In this document: positions 1-9,723 of the stretch, piece by piece
Position numbering within the stretch: position 1 is the first letter of the stretch
How the letters are laid out: every line of letters starts with the position of its first letter
Assembly: GCA_963845145.1 (NCBI GenBank)
Contig: CAWJQU010000002.1
Location: 352,001-416,000 of the forward strand
Origin: an uncultured delta proteobacterium
GTDB taxonomy: Bacteria; Desulfobacterota; Desulfobacteria; Desulfobacterales; QNYZ01
Reading direction: 5' to 3'
Length of the DNA: 64,000 bases
Made by a program: the position numbers and the translations under genes
Notes under the pieces: model-generated
Told to the model about the DNA's origin: nothing
Database searches by the model: none
The model's input: only the letters and a program-made list of their open reading frames with translations

Positions 1-545
1 AGAAAGGTATCATAATGAAATTCGACCCCTTCCAGTCCGGTCCCATCCACCCCGGTAAACCCGAGAACCTGGCCGGCCAGAACCTGATTAGGATAAAAAC
101 GGCTGTGGGCCGGCTTGAACACAACACCATCTAAAGATAGCGCCTTCACGGTAGTAACCTCACTGGGACTTGCCTGACGCTTGACCCACACAAAGGGATG
201 TTTGGTATCCAGTTGCCGATAAACCGCCTTTTTATTTTTCCCCAACGCTTTAGCCAGATCCCGGGCAACCGCATCCCTTTTCTTGATCTGCTGCGGGTGG
301 GCTCCGATGGAATGGGTATCCAGGGTAACGGCCATCTCGCGATAGTGGACGTCAAACACGCTGCCTCTTTTTCCCAGTGAGACCCGTGATCCTTTAAAAT
401 CCTTCTCCGCTTTCAGGGTCAGATCATTTCCCTGCCAGATTTGAATATGCGCCGCTTTGCCCAGAATAATACATAGAATCAAGCTGAACCCGCACCCCAC
501 GATCAGCATCCGTCGACGAATCTTTTTTTGGTATTTTTTCTTCAT
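1..545 (-). CDS. ftsI: Penicillin-binding protein 3 (septal transpeptidase), N-terminal part; runs off window edge
   Basis: Manual translation from ATG at 545 (ATGA overlap with ftsL stop): MKKKYQKKIRRRMLIVGCGFSLILCIILGK...RGSVFD...RFYPNQVLAGQVLGFTGVDGTGLEGVE, typical PBP dimerisation-domain motifs; dcw gene order. Confidence 0.9.
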   Translation of the reverse strand, partial: MKKKYQKKIRRRMLIVGCGFSLILCIILGKAAHIQIWQGNDLTLKAEKDFKGSRVSLGKRGSVFDVHYREMAVTLDTHSIGAHPQQIKKRDAVARDLAKALGKNKKAVYRQLDTKHPFVWVKRQASPSEVTTVKALSLDGVVFKPAHSRFYPNQVLAGQVLGFTGVDGTGLEGVEFHYDTF

Positions 546-844
546 GGTATCGACTGAATTTGATTGGGTTCGGGTCGTTTTAATCCCATTTCGCCGGCGA
601 TTCGGACCAGCCGTGAAGGAGATCGAAGCCTGGCCACCTCAACTTTAAGGAGATTTTGCTGTTCCTTTAAGCGCCTGTTTTCCGCAGTTAATCGTCCGAC
701 TTCATAACCGGTCCGAACATGCTGGACCCGAAACCAGGTGTAGGCCAGCAATTCAACCAGGCAAAAAGCCAACAAAACAATCCAGATACGGTTTTTTGGT
801 TTTTTTTTGCGCTTGGCTTGTGCCACTGTTTTCGGTTCCGGCAA
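542..844 (-). CDS. ftsL: Cell division protein FtsL (start uncertain)
   Basis: Basic N-terminus, one TM helix, coiled coil, LRSPSRL..IA..MGL motif; lies between rsmH and ftsI. Confidence 0.85.
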   Translation of the reverse strand: MPEPKTVAQAKRKKKPKNRIWIVLLAFCLVELLAYTWFRVQHVRTGYEVGRLTAENRRLKEQQNLLKVEVARLRSPSRLVRIAGEMGLKRPEPNQIQSIP

Positions 845-889
845 TTATTATTGTTTTTGACGGTTATTCAGCCACGTTCGTTTCATTTT

Positions 890-1825
890 TCATAAACGGA
901 CCAGCGCCCTCATCTTGGCGCTTCGAGCCATGGGATTTTCTTTAATCTCAACCGGACTCGGCTGAACAACTTTACGGGTCAATAACTTGACCATCGGTTT
1001 GCGCCCACAAGCGCAAATCGGAAAATCGGGCGGACAAACGCACCCTTGGGCGAGTTCGCGAAATCGCCGCTTAATCATCCGATCTTCCAAGCTGTGAAAG
1101 GCGATCATGCAAAGACGCCCCCCCTTTTCAAGTATTTCCGGCACAAAACTTAAAAACGTTGCCAGGCAATCCAACTCCCGATTCACGGCGATTCGGAGCG
1201 CCATAAATACCCGCGTCGCCGGATGAATACGGTGCGACTGGCGGGAGCGGGGAATCGCCTGGGTCACGATTTCGGCCAGGCGCCCGGTTTTATCGATCGG
1301 TTTATCTTTTCTCGCCGAAACGATGGCCCTCGCGATGCGGACGGACCAACGCTCCTCACCGAACTCTTTGAAAATTCGCGTCAATTCGTTTTGGGAAAGA
1401 CGATGGACCAGGTCGGCCGCCGTGGTTGCATAACCTGGGTTCATGCGCATATCCAGTGGCTCGTCGGTTTGGAAACTGAACCCCCGACCGCTACCGCGTA
1501 ACTGGTAAAGCGATAATCCCAAATCAACAACCATGGCATGGACTCCATCAATCCCCAATCGGTTAAGAATCTCGGGCAAGTCGATAAAGTTTGCGTTAAA
1601 CAGTCGGACCATAGGTGCATAGGGTGATAGTTCCCGGGTCGCATGATCGATGGCGGCCCCGTCGCGGTCGAGACCGATAAACAACCCATTGGGGGCTATC
1701 AATCGACAGATGGCTTTGGCATGGCCCGCTCCGCCAACCGTACCATCTACGCAATAATCACCGGGATGTGGATCCAAGAATTGTTGGACTTCAGCAGGCA
1801 TAACGGACACATGTCGATAAACCAT
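890..1825 (-). CDS. rsmH: 16S rRNA m4C1402 methyltransferase
   Basis: HVSVM, DGTVGGAGH, DLGLS, LDMRM, FHSLEDR, NPMARSAKMR motifs; start set at ATG 1825 just after the mraZ stop. Confidence 0.95.
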   Translation of the reverse strand: MVYRHVSVMPAEVQQFLDPHPGDYCVDGTVGGAGHAKAICRLIAPNGLFIGLDRDGAAIDHATRELSPYAPMVRLFNANFIDLPEILNRLGIDGVHAMVVDLGLSLYQLRGSGRGFSFQTDEPLDMRMNPGYATTAADLVHRLSQNELTRIFKEFGEERWSVRIARAIVSARKDKPIDKTGRLAEIVTQAIPRSRQSHRIHPATRVFMALRIAVNRELDCLATFLSFVPEILEKGGRLCMIAFHSLEDRMIKRRFRELAQGCVCPPDFPICACGRKPMVKLLTRKVVQPSPVEIKENPMARSAKMRALVRL

Positions 1826-1826
1826 C

Positions 1827-2288
1827 TTAAAGTCCAAGTTGGGCGATCGTGTCGCTGACCTCTCTCGACGTGATATCTTTTTCAAGAAGAATGAGGTCCG
1901 CCTGATAACGATCACGATCCCAAATTTGAAAATGATTGATCTGGCCGACCAGCACGGCATGTTTTTCCAACCCTGCATACTGACGCAGCATGGTTGGTAT
2001 CAGAATACGCCCTTGCTTGTCACAAACACATTCAGCTGCCCCACCCACAAAAAAGCGCCTGAAACGACGCGTCTCCATGGAGGTTTCCGCCATTTCCAGT
2101 ATTCGTCTTTCTATCTTGAGCCATTCGGCGGACGTATAGGCATTCAGCGCATTATCCAAGCGCGTAACAAAAACCCTTCCCCCGTCACCACGAATGATAT
2201 CCCGAAAGCGCGCCGGTATGGATATGCGCCCCTTTGGGTCAATGGTATTGGCAGTTGTCTCTCGGAACTGATGTGTTTTATTATCCAC
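1827..2288 (-). CDS. mraZ: Division/cell wall cluster transcriptional regulator MraZ
   Basis: Two DxKGR/DKQGR repeats (IDPKGRISIP, DKQGRILIP); first gene of dcw cluster; probable GTG start at 2288. Confidence 0.92.
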   Translation of the reverse strand: MDNKTHQFRETTANTIDPKGRISIPARFRDIIRGDGGRVFVTRLDNALNAYTSAEWLKIERRILEMAETSMETRRFRRFFVGGAAECVCDKQGRILIPTMLRQYAGLEKHAVLVGQINHFQIWDRDRYQADLILLEKDITSREVSDTIAQLGL

Positions 2289-2336
2289 TTTTTTCCACCC
2301 TTGTGTGGATAAACCACAACAGGGGGTGGAAGTCAA
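2281..2336 (-). promoter_or_regulatory. mraZ promoter with TTGACT -35, perfect DnaA box and GTGG repeats resembling MraZ boxes
   Basis: TGTGGATAA at 2304-2312 (TTATCCACA on minus strand); minus strand GTGGAAAAAA-GTGGATAAT with 10-nt spacing; TTGACT at 2336-2331. Confidence 0.55.
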
Positions 2337-2742
2337 GATTTTTTTTCGTTTAAACTATATTTTTTTATTAATGATATTTGAATGTTAAAGAAAAAATTAG
2401 AAAAGTGGAATAAAATGGAAGCAATTTTTTTCTACATCGCTTTCCATCGATCATATTAAGCCACCATTTACGGCATTCACTAGCCGGCAGAACATGCTTT
2501 TATACATATTATTTCAAATATTTATTTTACATATTAAAATATCAATCAAAGCGATTGAATCCCAATATGCCCAAAACGGGTTTGACCGTTGACCTTTCGG
2601 TGGGTGGTGAAAAGTTAACGACCTTGATATTTCTCTTTTCTGCGTTAACTTAACCGGACCAATATTTGTAAATAATCTTTTCAATCTTCTCTTTGTTTGA
2701 AGGTTGATCGCCTCATATCAATATGACAGGAGAGAAATAAAA

Positions 2743-3420
2743 ATGGCTTTTGAAACCAAGGAACAGGTACTGGAACGCATCCTGGAAAAACCCAAGCCCA
2801 AATGCAAGCATTGCCAGGTGGAAATGAGTCTGTGGGAGCCGCCGCCCATCAACTTTTCGGACGGACTGGGTTGGGGGGCCGCTTATCTATACATTTGTTA
2901 CAATGACGAATGCCCCACGTTTAAAAGTGGGTGGGATCACCTCCGGGAAAATTATGCCCACAACGCCAGTTATCGCTGCATTTGCTATCCGGATTCGGGA
3001 CAATATGAACTGATGCCGGTTTTCAGTGCCCAGGGAGGACAGGGGCAGCTCATTGATGAGGAGTCATTGGCTGCGGAGGAGGCCCTAAAAGAAAATATTA
3101 AACGGGGTTTCAGCGTACTGGCAGATTGTTATAACCGCAAAGACATCGTCCCGATGTTAAGAATGCTGCTCGATCCGACAGAGCCCGTCCGGGTGCGTGT
3201 GAAAGCCGCCGAAATGATCGGAGACTTCGGTGAACTCGAATCCATTGAGCCGATTCGAAACCTCAAATTCGGCAATGACATTCTTCAAACCGCCGCCGAG
3301 GGCACCATCAAGAAGATCCATGAACGCTTTTTTACCCGTGAATGCCCCTTTTGCGCTGAAATCATTAAGAAACGTGCGAAAATCTGTAAACATTGCAACC
3401 AGGATGTTGCCGGAAAGTAG
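2743..3420 (+). CDS. Conserved-looking hypothetical protein with Cys-rich N-domain, HEAT-like repeat and C-terminal zinc ribbon
   Basis: CKHC...CYNDEC; VRVKAAEMIG helical repeat; CPFCAEIIKKRAKICKHC; AGGAG RBS. Confidence 0.8.
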   Translation: MAFETKEQVLERILEKPKPKCKHCQVEMSLWEPPPINFSDGLGWGAAYLYICYNDECPTFKSGWDHLRENYAHNASYRCICYPDSGQYELMPVFSAQGGQGQLIDEESLAAEEALKENIKRGFSVLADCYNRKDIVPMLRMLLDPTEPVRVRVKAAEMIGDFGELESIEPIRNLKFGNDILQTAAEGTIKKIHERFFTRECPFCAEIIKKRAKICKHCNQDVAGK

Positions 3421-3490
3421 GTACCGCGCTGGACAGGATGGTGAGCATTGATCGATGAGCGCATTAATCCAACGCCTTAAATACGATCCC

Positions 3491-3889
3491 TTATCCCCTT
3501 CCGCGCTCAGTGCGATCCGCCAGCTTCCGCGCAAAGGGGATATCCGCCGGCAGCAGGTCGTAGGCGCCAAGATTTCCCGGTGATACCCAGGCGATGCGGT
3601 CATGGTCCGTCGCTTTCAAGTTTCCACCCACCCACTTCACCCAAAACGCCGTTAGGTGAACCGACCCCCGTTGGTAATCGTAGACATTATCGGCAAAGGC
3701 ATCGCCCACTTCTACGCAAATGTTCAATTCCTCTTTTAGCTCTCGCCGAAGACAGGTACGGGGGCCTTCTCCCGGTTCCACCTTCCCCCCGGGAAACTCC
3801 CATTTTCCCGCATGGCGAAGGCCGGGCTTGCGTCGACCGATCAGAACTTTGTCATCCTTCAATATTATGGCCGCCGTCACCGAGATCAT
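3491..3889 (-). CDS. Nudix hydrolase, MutT/NudG-like
   Basis: WEFPGGKVEPGE...RELKEEL Nudix box; LLPAD motif. Confidence 0.9.
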   Translation of the reverse strand: MISVTAAIILKDDKVLIGRRKPGLRHAGKWEFPGGKVEPGEGPRTCLRRELKEELNICVEVGDAFADNVYDYQRGSVHLTAFWVKWVGGNLKATDHDRIAWVSPGNLGAYDLLPADIPFARKLADRTERGRG

Positions 3890-3898
3890 ACCAACTCC

Positions 3899-4768
3899 CT
3901 ATAGGGCGCGAAGGTATTCCGGTTTCAAGGCCACCTGGCCGTCTAGGGCCTTATCGATGAGGGCCAGGGTAGCATCCTTGTCCCTGGGCAGACGAGCGCG
4001 AATAGGCAGGTAATTGGAAGCATGATTGGCGTGAAACAGCCCCCGCGTTAATTGCGTGGCCGCAATCATGTCACGAAGCTCTTTCAGCGTCTCTTCGGGT
4101 TCGATGAGTGTGAATTGCCCGGCATCATACGCCTCAAATAGAGGTGTTCCCGGAATCAACATCAGGCTCAAAGCGCCCACATATTCAGGATCAATGGCCG
4201 ATAGCACACGACCGGTTTCAGCAGCATGAATCAACGATCGTTCCCGCCCGGCAATCCCCAAAAGAACCGTGACCGACAGCTTGAAGCCGGCTTCCCGGGC
4301 CTTTTGCCCCATTTGAATCATCTTGGCGGCTGTCGCCCCTTTGTTGATCTTTTTGAGAGTGACATCGTCACCGGTCTCAAGACCCATATACAGAATTCCC
4401 AATCCATGCGAACGTAATACCTCAAGCTCCTCGGCGCTTTTCATTTTCAAACTTTTAGTATTGGCATACGCCCCCACCCGGGTGACCCAGGGCAGGTTCT
4501 TTTTGATTTCCGTTAATATGTGGACCAGCCTCTTCTGGGGAATAATCAGGGCATCACCATCACAGAGAAATACCCGCCGCTGCCGCTGACAGTTTTCGGC
4601 CGCAAACTGAATATCCGCCTGTATTATTTCAGGCGGTTTTATTTTAAACCGCTCTCCTATGTAAGTGCCGCAAAAGGTACACTTATTATGGGAACAACCC
4701 ACGGTCACCTGGAGCAAAATACTGTTCGCTTCGCTGGGGGGTCGAATGATATTGCCTTCGTAATGCAA
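3899..4768 (-). CDS. Radical SAM protein
   Basis: CSHNKCTFC motif; RPPSEA N-terminus; NHASNYL. Confidence 0.9.
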   Translation of the reverse strand: MHYEGNIIRPPSEANSILLQVTVGCSHNKCTFCGTYIGERFKIKPPEIIQADIQFAAENCQRQRRVFLCDGDALIIPQKRLVHILTEIKKNLPWVTRVGAYANTKSLKMKSAEELEVLRSHGLGILYMGLETGDDVTLKKINKGATAAKMIQMGQKAREAGFKLSVTVLLGIAGRERSLIHAAETGRVLSAIDPEYVGALSLMLIPGTPLFEAYDAGQFTLIEPEETLKELRDMIAATQLTRGLFHANHASNYLPIRARLPRDKDATLALIDKALDGQVALKPEYLRAL

Positions 4769-4919
4769 GCTCTCTCCTCGCTTAGTTGATTGGATACGGA
4801 CTTTAATATCATCATCTCGGCGCCTTAAGTCAATTTAAAAATCGCTGAGGTTCCCCCTTTACAATTGCCTTCGATGAGTTACTATAGCCAAAAAAGGGCG
4901 TAATTTTCAAGGAGACGTG

Positions 4920-5210
4920 ATGGCCGAACCATTAAAAATTCCCGAAGCTTTACAAATGACCTTTAATCGCATGATGCAGCGTGTTCCCGCCGATAAAATG
5001 GATGATATCGCCCTTCAAGAAAGCGTTCTGCGGTTTCTTAAACTGGGTGGTGAACGGCTGGCCCGTGCCCGATTACAACCCATTATCGCCCCTTTTCCCG
5101 ATGATGTTTCCGTTGTAAGACCCAGACCCTTATCGGTACCCCTCGAATCGGATGACATTGAAGATGAAAACGATTCCGATGAAGAAGAAGAAGATGATGA
5201 TGATGATTAA
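4920..5210 (+). CDS. Small hypothetical protein with acidic C-terminal tail
   Basis: GGAG RBS; ends EDENDSDEEEEDDDDD. Confidence 0.7.
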   Translation: MAEPLKIPEALQMTFNRMMQRVPADKMDDIALQESVLRFLKLGGERLARARLQPIIAPFPDDVSVVRPRPLSVPLESDDIEDENDSDEEEEDDDDD

Positions 5211-5501
5211 TTGCCGACCTTTGGCCATTGACATTTCTGATGGCTACCTGAAGGCCACCCGATAGCCAAAAGGTTAGATAAATAGGCGACACCATCCGGT
5301 CTGGGACCATATTTGGCTCTTTTCTATCTGGTTTTTCTCTTTGCCTGGAAATCCTTCTGCGCCGTCTTTATCGCTGCGCATCAAAATAGCGCCCTATCCA
5401 TGGCACCACCCGCCACCGGCCATTGACACTTTCAACCTGCGTTTACTATGTTATTACCATCACCAAATGGCTCGAAATTATAAACAAAAATGGGGTAAAC
5501 A

Positions 5502-8153
5502 ATGAGTGCGCTTAAAAAGACCGTCCTTTATGATCGTCACGTGGCCCTGGGCGCCCAGATGGTAGAATTTGGGGGCTGGGATATGCCCATCCAGTACCCG
5601 TCCGGCATCATCTCCGAACACCTTTTGACCCGTAAAGAAGCCGGCCTTTTCGATGTCTCCCATATGGGACGGTTTGTTTTTCGGGGAAAGGATGCCCTCC
5701 CCTTTCTTCAACATGTTTTGACCAATAATGCCGCGGCACTGGATGTGAATGAAAGCCAATACACCATCATCGCCAATGCCGGCGGCGGCGCCGTTGACGA
5801 CGCCTATCTTTACCGATTCAGGGAAGATGAATACCTGCTGGTAGTCAATGCCGCCAACCGGGATAAGGACTGGGCACATTTTGATGCCCTTAAAAAAGAT
5901 TTTCCCTCCCTGAGCTGTGAGGACAATTCCGAAGCCATTGCCATGATCAGTCTTCAGGGACCGCTGTCTAAACAGATCATTGAAGCGTCTATCGAAAAAG
6001 GAATACTTCCCGATCCGGTTAGAAACGCCCTGGGTACCGTGACCATCGGCGGAGAGCAGGTTCAGATAGGTCGGACCGGCTATACCGGCGAACCGCTTTG
6101 CTTTGAGTTGTTCGTGCCGGCCGAAGCGGGCCCCGCCGTTTGGGATCAGATGCTGGAAAAAGGTGCGCACCCCATCGGCTTGGGCGCCAGGGATACCTTA
6201 CGTCTCGAGGCGGGTTTGCCCCTTTACGGACACGAATTGGGACAGGACCCCGATGACAAAGAGATCCCCATTTTTGCCTTGGATCTTGCCCGCGTGGCGG
6301 TCAGTTTTTCGCCGTTGAAGGGCAATTTTGTCGGCCGGGAACCGCTCAAGCGCCAATTCGACGCCTATGAAAAATTGACAGACCGTGATTTTTCACTGAT
6401 CGATAACCTGCCCTACCGCATCCGGCCGATAGCCCTGACCGATCGCGGCGTGGCCCGGGCGGGAAGCCGCGTCATGGCCGATGGCCACCCGGTGGGCTAT
6501 ATCACCAGCGGTACCATGGTGCCCTTCTGGAACGTTGACGGGATCGGGACGGCCTCGAAACTAATCGATACCAAAGGCCGGCGGGCCATCGGCCTGGCCT
6601 ATCTGGACAGCCGCCTCAACGATGGTGATATCGTCGAGATTGACATCAGGAATAAAAAGATCCGGGCGGTGATCGTTCCCTATCACCTTCGCAGTGAAGC
6701 GCCACCCTATGCCCGCGCCGTCCTGCCGGACCAACTCTACCCTGTCCGCACGACAAGCGATCTGCCCATCGAAACAACCGACCGCATCAGCCACCTGCTG
6801 AAACGAGCGATTGATAACAGCACCTGGCGTCAGCAGCAATGCATCAACCTGATCCCCTCGGAACAGACGGCATCCACCTTGAGCCGCGTTCTCACTATCA
6901 TGGATCCTTCCGGGCGTTACGCCGAACACAAGAAGGTCAAGGCCTTCGGCGAAGCGGATGTTTTTTACTATCAAGGGGCTGATTTTATTTGCGACATCGA
7001 ACAGATGCTCCAGGACGCGCTCTTGGAATACTTAGGGTGTGGTCAGGTAGAAACCCGCACCATTTCCGGCCAGATGGCCAACACAACCGTTTTCAGTGCG
7101 CTGGTGGACTATCTCAACCGGGCCGACCGCAAGAACGAACAAAGGCGGATTCGAAAGGTGATTAACCACCATATTATTCGCGGCGGGCACCTATCGGCCC
7201 AACCCATGGGGGCGCTACGCGACTTTGTGGCCCGGGACCCGCAAATGGAAAAACCGGCCGTGATCAATTTTCCGGTGATCCCTGAAAATCCATACCTGGT
7301 TGATATCGACGCCTGCCGTGATTTAATTGAGGTGCATCAACCCGAACTGATTATCATGGGGCGGAGCATGACAATCTACCGCGAACCGGTCGCAGCCCTC
7401 AGGCAAATGGTGGACGAACTGGCACCGGGATGCGTCCTGATGTATGACATGGCCCACGTACTGGGCCTGGTGGGTCCCCACTTCCAGGATCCCTTCAAGG
7501 AGGGGGCCGATATTGTGACCGGGTCGACTCACAAAACCTTTTTCGGCACCCAGCGGGGAATTGTGGCCGCCGATTGGGACCGCATGGATGACCGCTTCAT
7601 GCTATGGGAGGCCATCGAACGACGCGCGTTTCCCGGCGGGGTCAGCAACCACCATCTCGGCACCCTGTTAGGCCTTTTGTTGGCCACCTATGAGATGAAT
7701 CATTTCAAGGATGAATACCAGCACCAGGTTGTCACCAACGCCAAGGCCTTTGCCAAAGCGCTGGCTGACCAGGGTCTGGATGTCGCCGGCGACCCCGACA
7801 TATCGTTTACCGAAACACATCAGGTGATCTTGAATGTCGGGTATGCGAAGGGGCCCGAAATCGCGCAGCGCCTGGAAAATAACAATATCGTTTTAAACTA
7901 CCAGGCCTCACCGGTGGAAGAGGGGTTTACGGCCTCGGGCTCGTTGCGCATCGGTGTGGCGGAAATGACACGCTTTGGTATGGTTGCATCCGACTTCGAA
8001 CAAGTGGCCGAATTAATGAAAGATGTCATTATACACCAAAAAGATGTGAAGCAGGCGGTAGCTGATTTCCGCCGCCAATTTCTGACCATGCGATATTGCT
8101 TCAATGTCGCCGATTTTCAGGATCTGTTTGAGAAAATTCACGCATTAATCTGA
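5502..8153 (+). CDS. gcvT: Fusion of glycine cleavage aminomethyltransferase (GcvT) and serine hydroxymethyltransferase-like PLP domain
   Basis: N-half: FGGWDMP, GLFDVSHMG, RTGYTGE, GLGARDTLRLEAG. C-half: INLIPSE, GGHLS, YDMAHVLGLV, GSTHKTFFGTQRG (PLP Lys), HQVIL, GSLRIG. One uninterrupted ORF of 883 aa. Confidence 0.9.
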   Translation: MSALKKTVLYDRHVALGAQMVEFGGWDMPIQYPSGIISEHLLTRKEAGLFDVSHMGRFVFRGKDALPFLQHVLTNNAAALDVNESQYTIIANAGGGAVDDAYLYRFREDEYLLVVNAANRDKDWAHFDALKKDFPSLSCEDNSEAIAMISLQGPLSKQIIEASIEKGILPDPVRNALGTVTIGGEQVQIGRTGYTGEPLCFELFVPAEAGPAVWDQMLEKGAHPIGLGARDTLRLEAGLPLYGHELGQDPDDKEIPIFALDLARVAVSFSPLKGNFVGREPLKRQFDAYEKLTDRDFSLIDNLPYRIRPIALTDRGVARAGSRVMADGHPVGYITSGTMVPFWNVDGIGTASKLIDTKGRRAIGLAYLDSRLNDGDIVEIDIRNKKIRAVIVPYHLRSEAPPYARAVLPDQLYPVRTTSDLPIETTDRISHLLKRAIDNSTWRQQQCINLIPSEQTASTLSRVLTIMDPSGRYAEHKKVKAFGEADVFYYQGADFICDIEQMLQDALLEYLGCGQVETRTISGQMANTTVFSALVDYLNRADRKNEQRRIRKVINHHIIRGGHLSAQPMGALRDFVARDPQMEKPAVINFPVIPENPYLVDIDACRDLIEVHQPELIIMGRSMTIYREPVAALRQMVDELAPGCVLMYDMAHVLGLVGPHFQDPFKEGADIVTGSTHKTFFGTQRGIVAADWDRMDDRFMLWEAIERRAFPGGVSNHHLGTLLGLLLATYEMNHFKDEYQHQVVTNAKAFAKALADQGLDVAGDPDISFTETHQVILNVGYAKGPEIAQRLENNNIVLNYQASPVEEGFTASGSLRIGVAEMTRFGMVASDFEQVAELMKDVIIHQKDVKQAVADFRRQFLTMRYCFNVADFQDLFEKIHALI

Positions 8154-8193
8154 TCGTCACGGCCGGTCGGTAATAATTTTCATAGCGTTTCCG

Positions 8194-9723
8194 TTACGGG
8201 CGCCAGGAGCGAACCTTGATGGCGTCCGGAAAGGCCTGTGGCTTGTAGATAGACTTATTGCGCAAAACACGCAGACACTCCTGGATCCCCTCGGACATGG
8301 TGGGATGGGGGTAAAGGGATTTAAGGACATCGCCGATCCCCTTGTCTTGATCCATCAGTAGCGCCACCGTCATGATCGTGCTTGACGCCTGGGGGCCGGC
8401 CGCCCGCATCCCCAGTATTTTCTGTTTTTTATCATCGCTGACGATAATCTTTACAAACCCGTTGGTGGAGCGCATGGCGATGGCGCGGTTCACCAGGGAA
8501 ATGGCATAATAGGCCACCCGATACGCTATATTTTGCTCCCGGCATTGCTTTTCATTGAGGCCGACAGCCGCCACCGGCGGATAGAAAAACATCACGGTCG
8601 ACATATTATCATAACTGAGCGGCCATCGGTTTTTTCCGTACATATGTTTAATGGCATAGCGGCCTTCCGCTTCAGCCAGGTTGACTAAAGCCGGGTGCGC
8701 TGTCACATCCCCGGCGGCATAGATGTTGTGGCTCACCAGACAATTTTCATCAGCGGGGAGATAGCCTCTGTCATCCGGGTGAAGCCCTACTTTCTCAAGG
8801 CCCAATCCCTCAAGGTTGGGAACCCTACCCACGGATAGCAACAAGGCATCGACTTCCATGCGCCGGTTTTGATTCTCTCCCAATCGAATGTCGACGGCCA
8901 GGTGATCAGGCATCTGTTTGATTCCCTGCAATCGGGCCGAATGTAAAATTTCCACGCCGTGTCGCCGCAGGTGATCCCCCACAAAACGGCTGATATCCTG
9001 ATCTTCAAAAGGCAGGATACGGTTCTTATGATCCAGAAGTGAGACTCGGGTATGGCCGAAACTTGAAAAGATGGTCGCATATTCACAACCGACAATGCCG
9101 GCCCCGACAATCATCAGGCGCCGGGGAAAGGCTTTTAGCCGCAAAACACCGTCTGAGTCCAGAACCCGTTTCTGATCAATGGGGATGTCCGGTAAATGTC
9201 GAGGCCTGGACCCGGTCGCGATCAAAAAATAGTCCGCCGTGATTACTTCCGCTTGACGCCCCCTGCGAATCACGGCCATTTGGTTGGGGGAAATAAAGGT
9301 GCCGTGTCCCCGTTTCAAGGTTACGGATCCGGGCCCGGGCCAGTGCTCCGGTGAAAAGGTCGACAGTTGGGTTCGCATCTGAGATTGCTTTTCGCGAACG
9401 GCGGCCAACACCGTCTTTCGCATGGCTGCGTAGTCCATCGTCAGCGCTTCAGCACGATAGCCCCGATCGGTTTGTCGGGCCACATGGTAATCTTTGGCCA
9501 ACTCCCACATGGTTTTGGAAGCCAGGGCCCCCCACATGACACCGGCCCCGCCGAGCTGGGCTTTTTCCAATAGACAGATGTTTTTGCCCAGATCAAGCCC
9601 CCGCATGGCACCGGCAAATCCGCCAGGTCCGCCACCGAGGATACAAATATCATAATGGGATGATTTCGTTGGGGTCATAGGGGTCATAAAGGATTCCGTA
9701 TACGTTTGGCCGTCGGTCGGCAT
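8194..9723 (-). CDS. Lpd/SthA-like FAD-dependent pyridine nucleotide oxidoreductase lacking the redox-active cysteines
   Basis: GGGPGG, IATGSRP, GAGIVGCE, IYAAGD, HPTMSE; GGAGVMWGALASK in place of GGTCxNxGCxPSK. Confidence 0.85.
   Translation of the reverse strand: MPTDGQTYTESFMTPMTPTKSSHYDICILGGGPGGFAGAMRGLDLGKNICLLEKAQLGGAGVMWGALASKTMWELAKDYHVARQTDRGYRAEALTMDYAAMRKTVLAAVREKQSQMRTQLSTFSPEHWPGPGSVTLKRGHGTFISPNQMAVIRRGRQAEVITADYFLIATGSRPRHLPDIPIDQKRVLDSDGVLRLKAFPRRLMIVGAGIVGCEYATIFSSFGHTRVSLLDHKNRILPFEDQDISRFVGDHLRRHGVEILHSARLQGIKQMPDHLAVDIRLGENQNRRMEVDALLLSVGRVPNLEGLGLEKVGLHPDDRGYLPADENCLVSHNIYAAGDVTAHPALVNLAEAEGRYAIKHMYGKNRWPLSYDNMSTVMFFYPPVAAVGLNEKQCREQNIAYRVAYYAISLVNRAIAMRSTNGFVKIIVSDDKKQKILGMRAAGPQASSTIMTVALLMDQDKGIGDVLKSLYPHPTMSEGIQECLRVLRNKSIYKPQAFPDAIKVRSWRP

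Noticed and set aside
845..886. Short in-frame ORF with TAA TAA before ftsL suggesting readthrough
   Set aside because: Double ochre stop; FtsL is complete from a downstream start
1826..1978. N-terminal extension of rsmH in the ORF track
   Set aside because: Overlaps mraZ; the conserved RsmH start is at 1825
5210..5501. Glycine riboswitch upstream of gcvT
   Set aside because: No GGAGA...GAAG...CTCTCAGG aptamer motifs; a TTGACA promoter lies only about 80 bp before the start
8151..8175. TGA followed by GCC-GGTC-GGT as a SECIS for the GcvT fusion
   Set aside because: Stem is too short and too close to the UGA; the protein ends at a natural position with no Cys context
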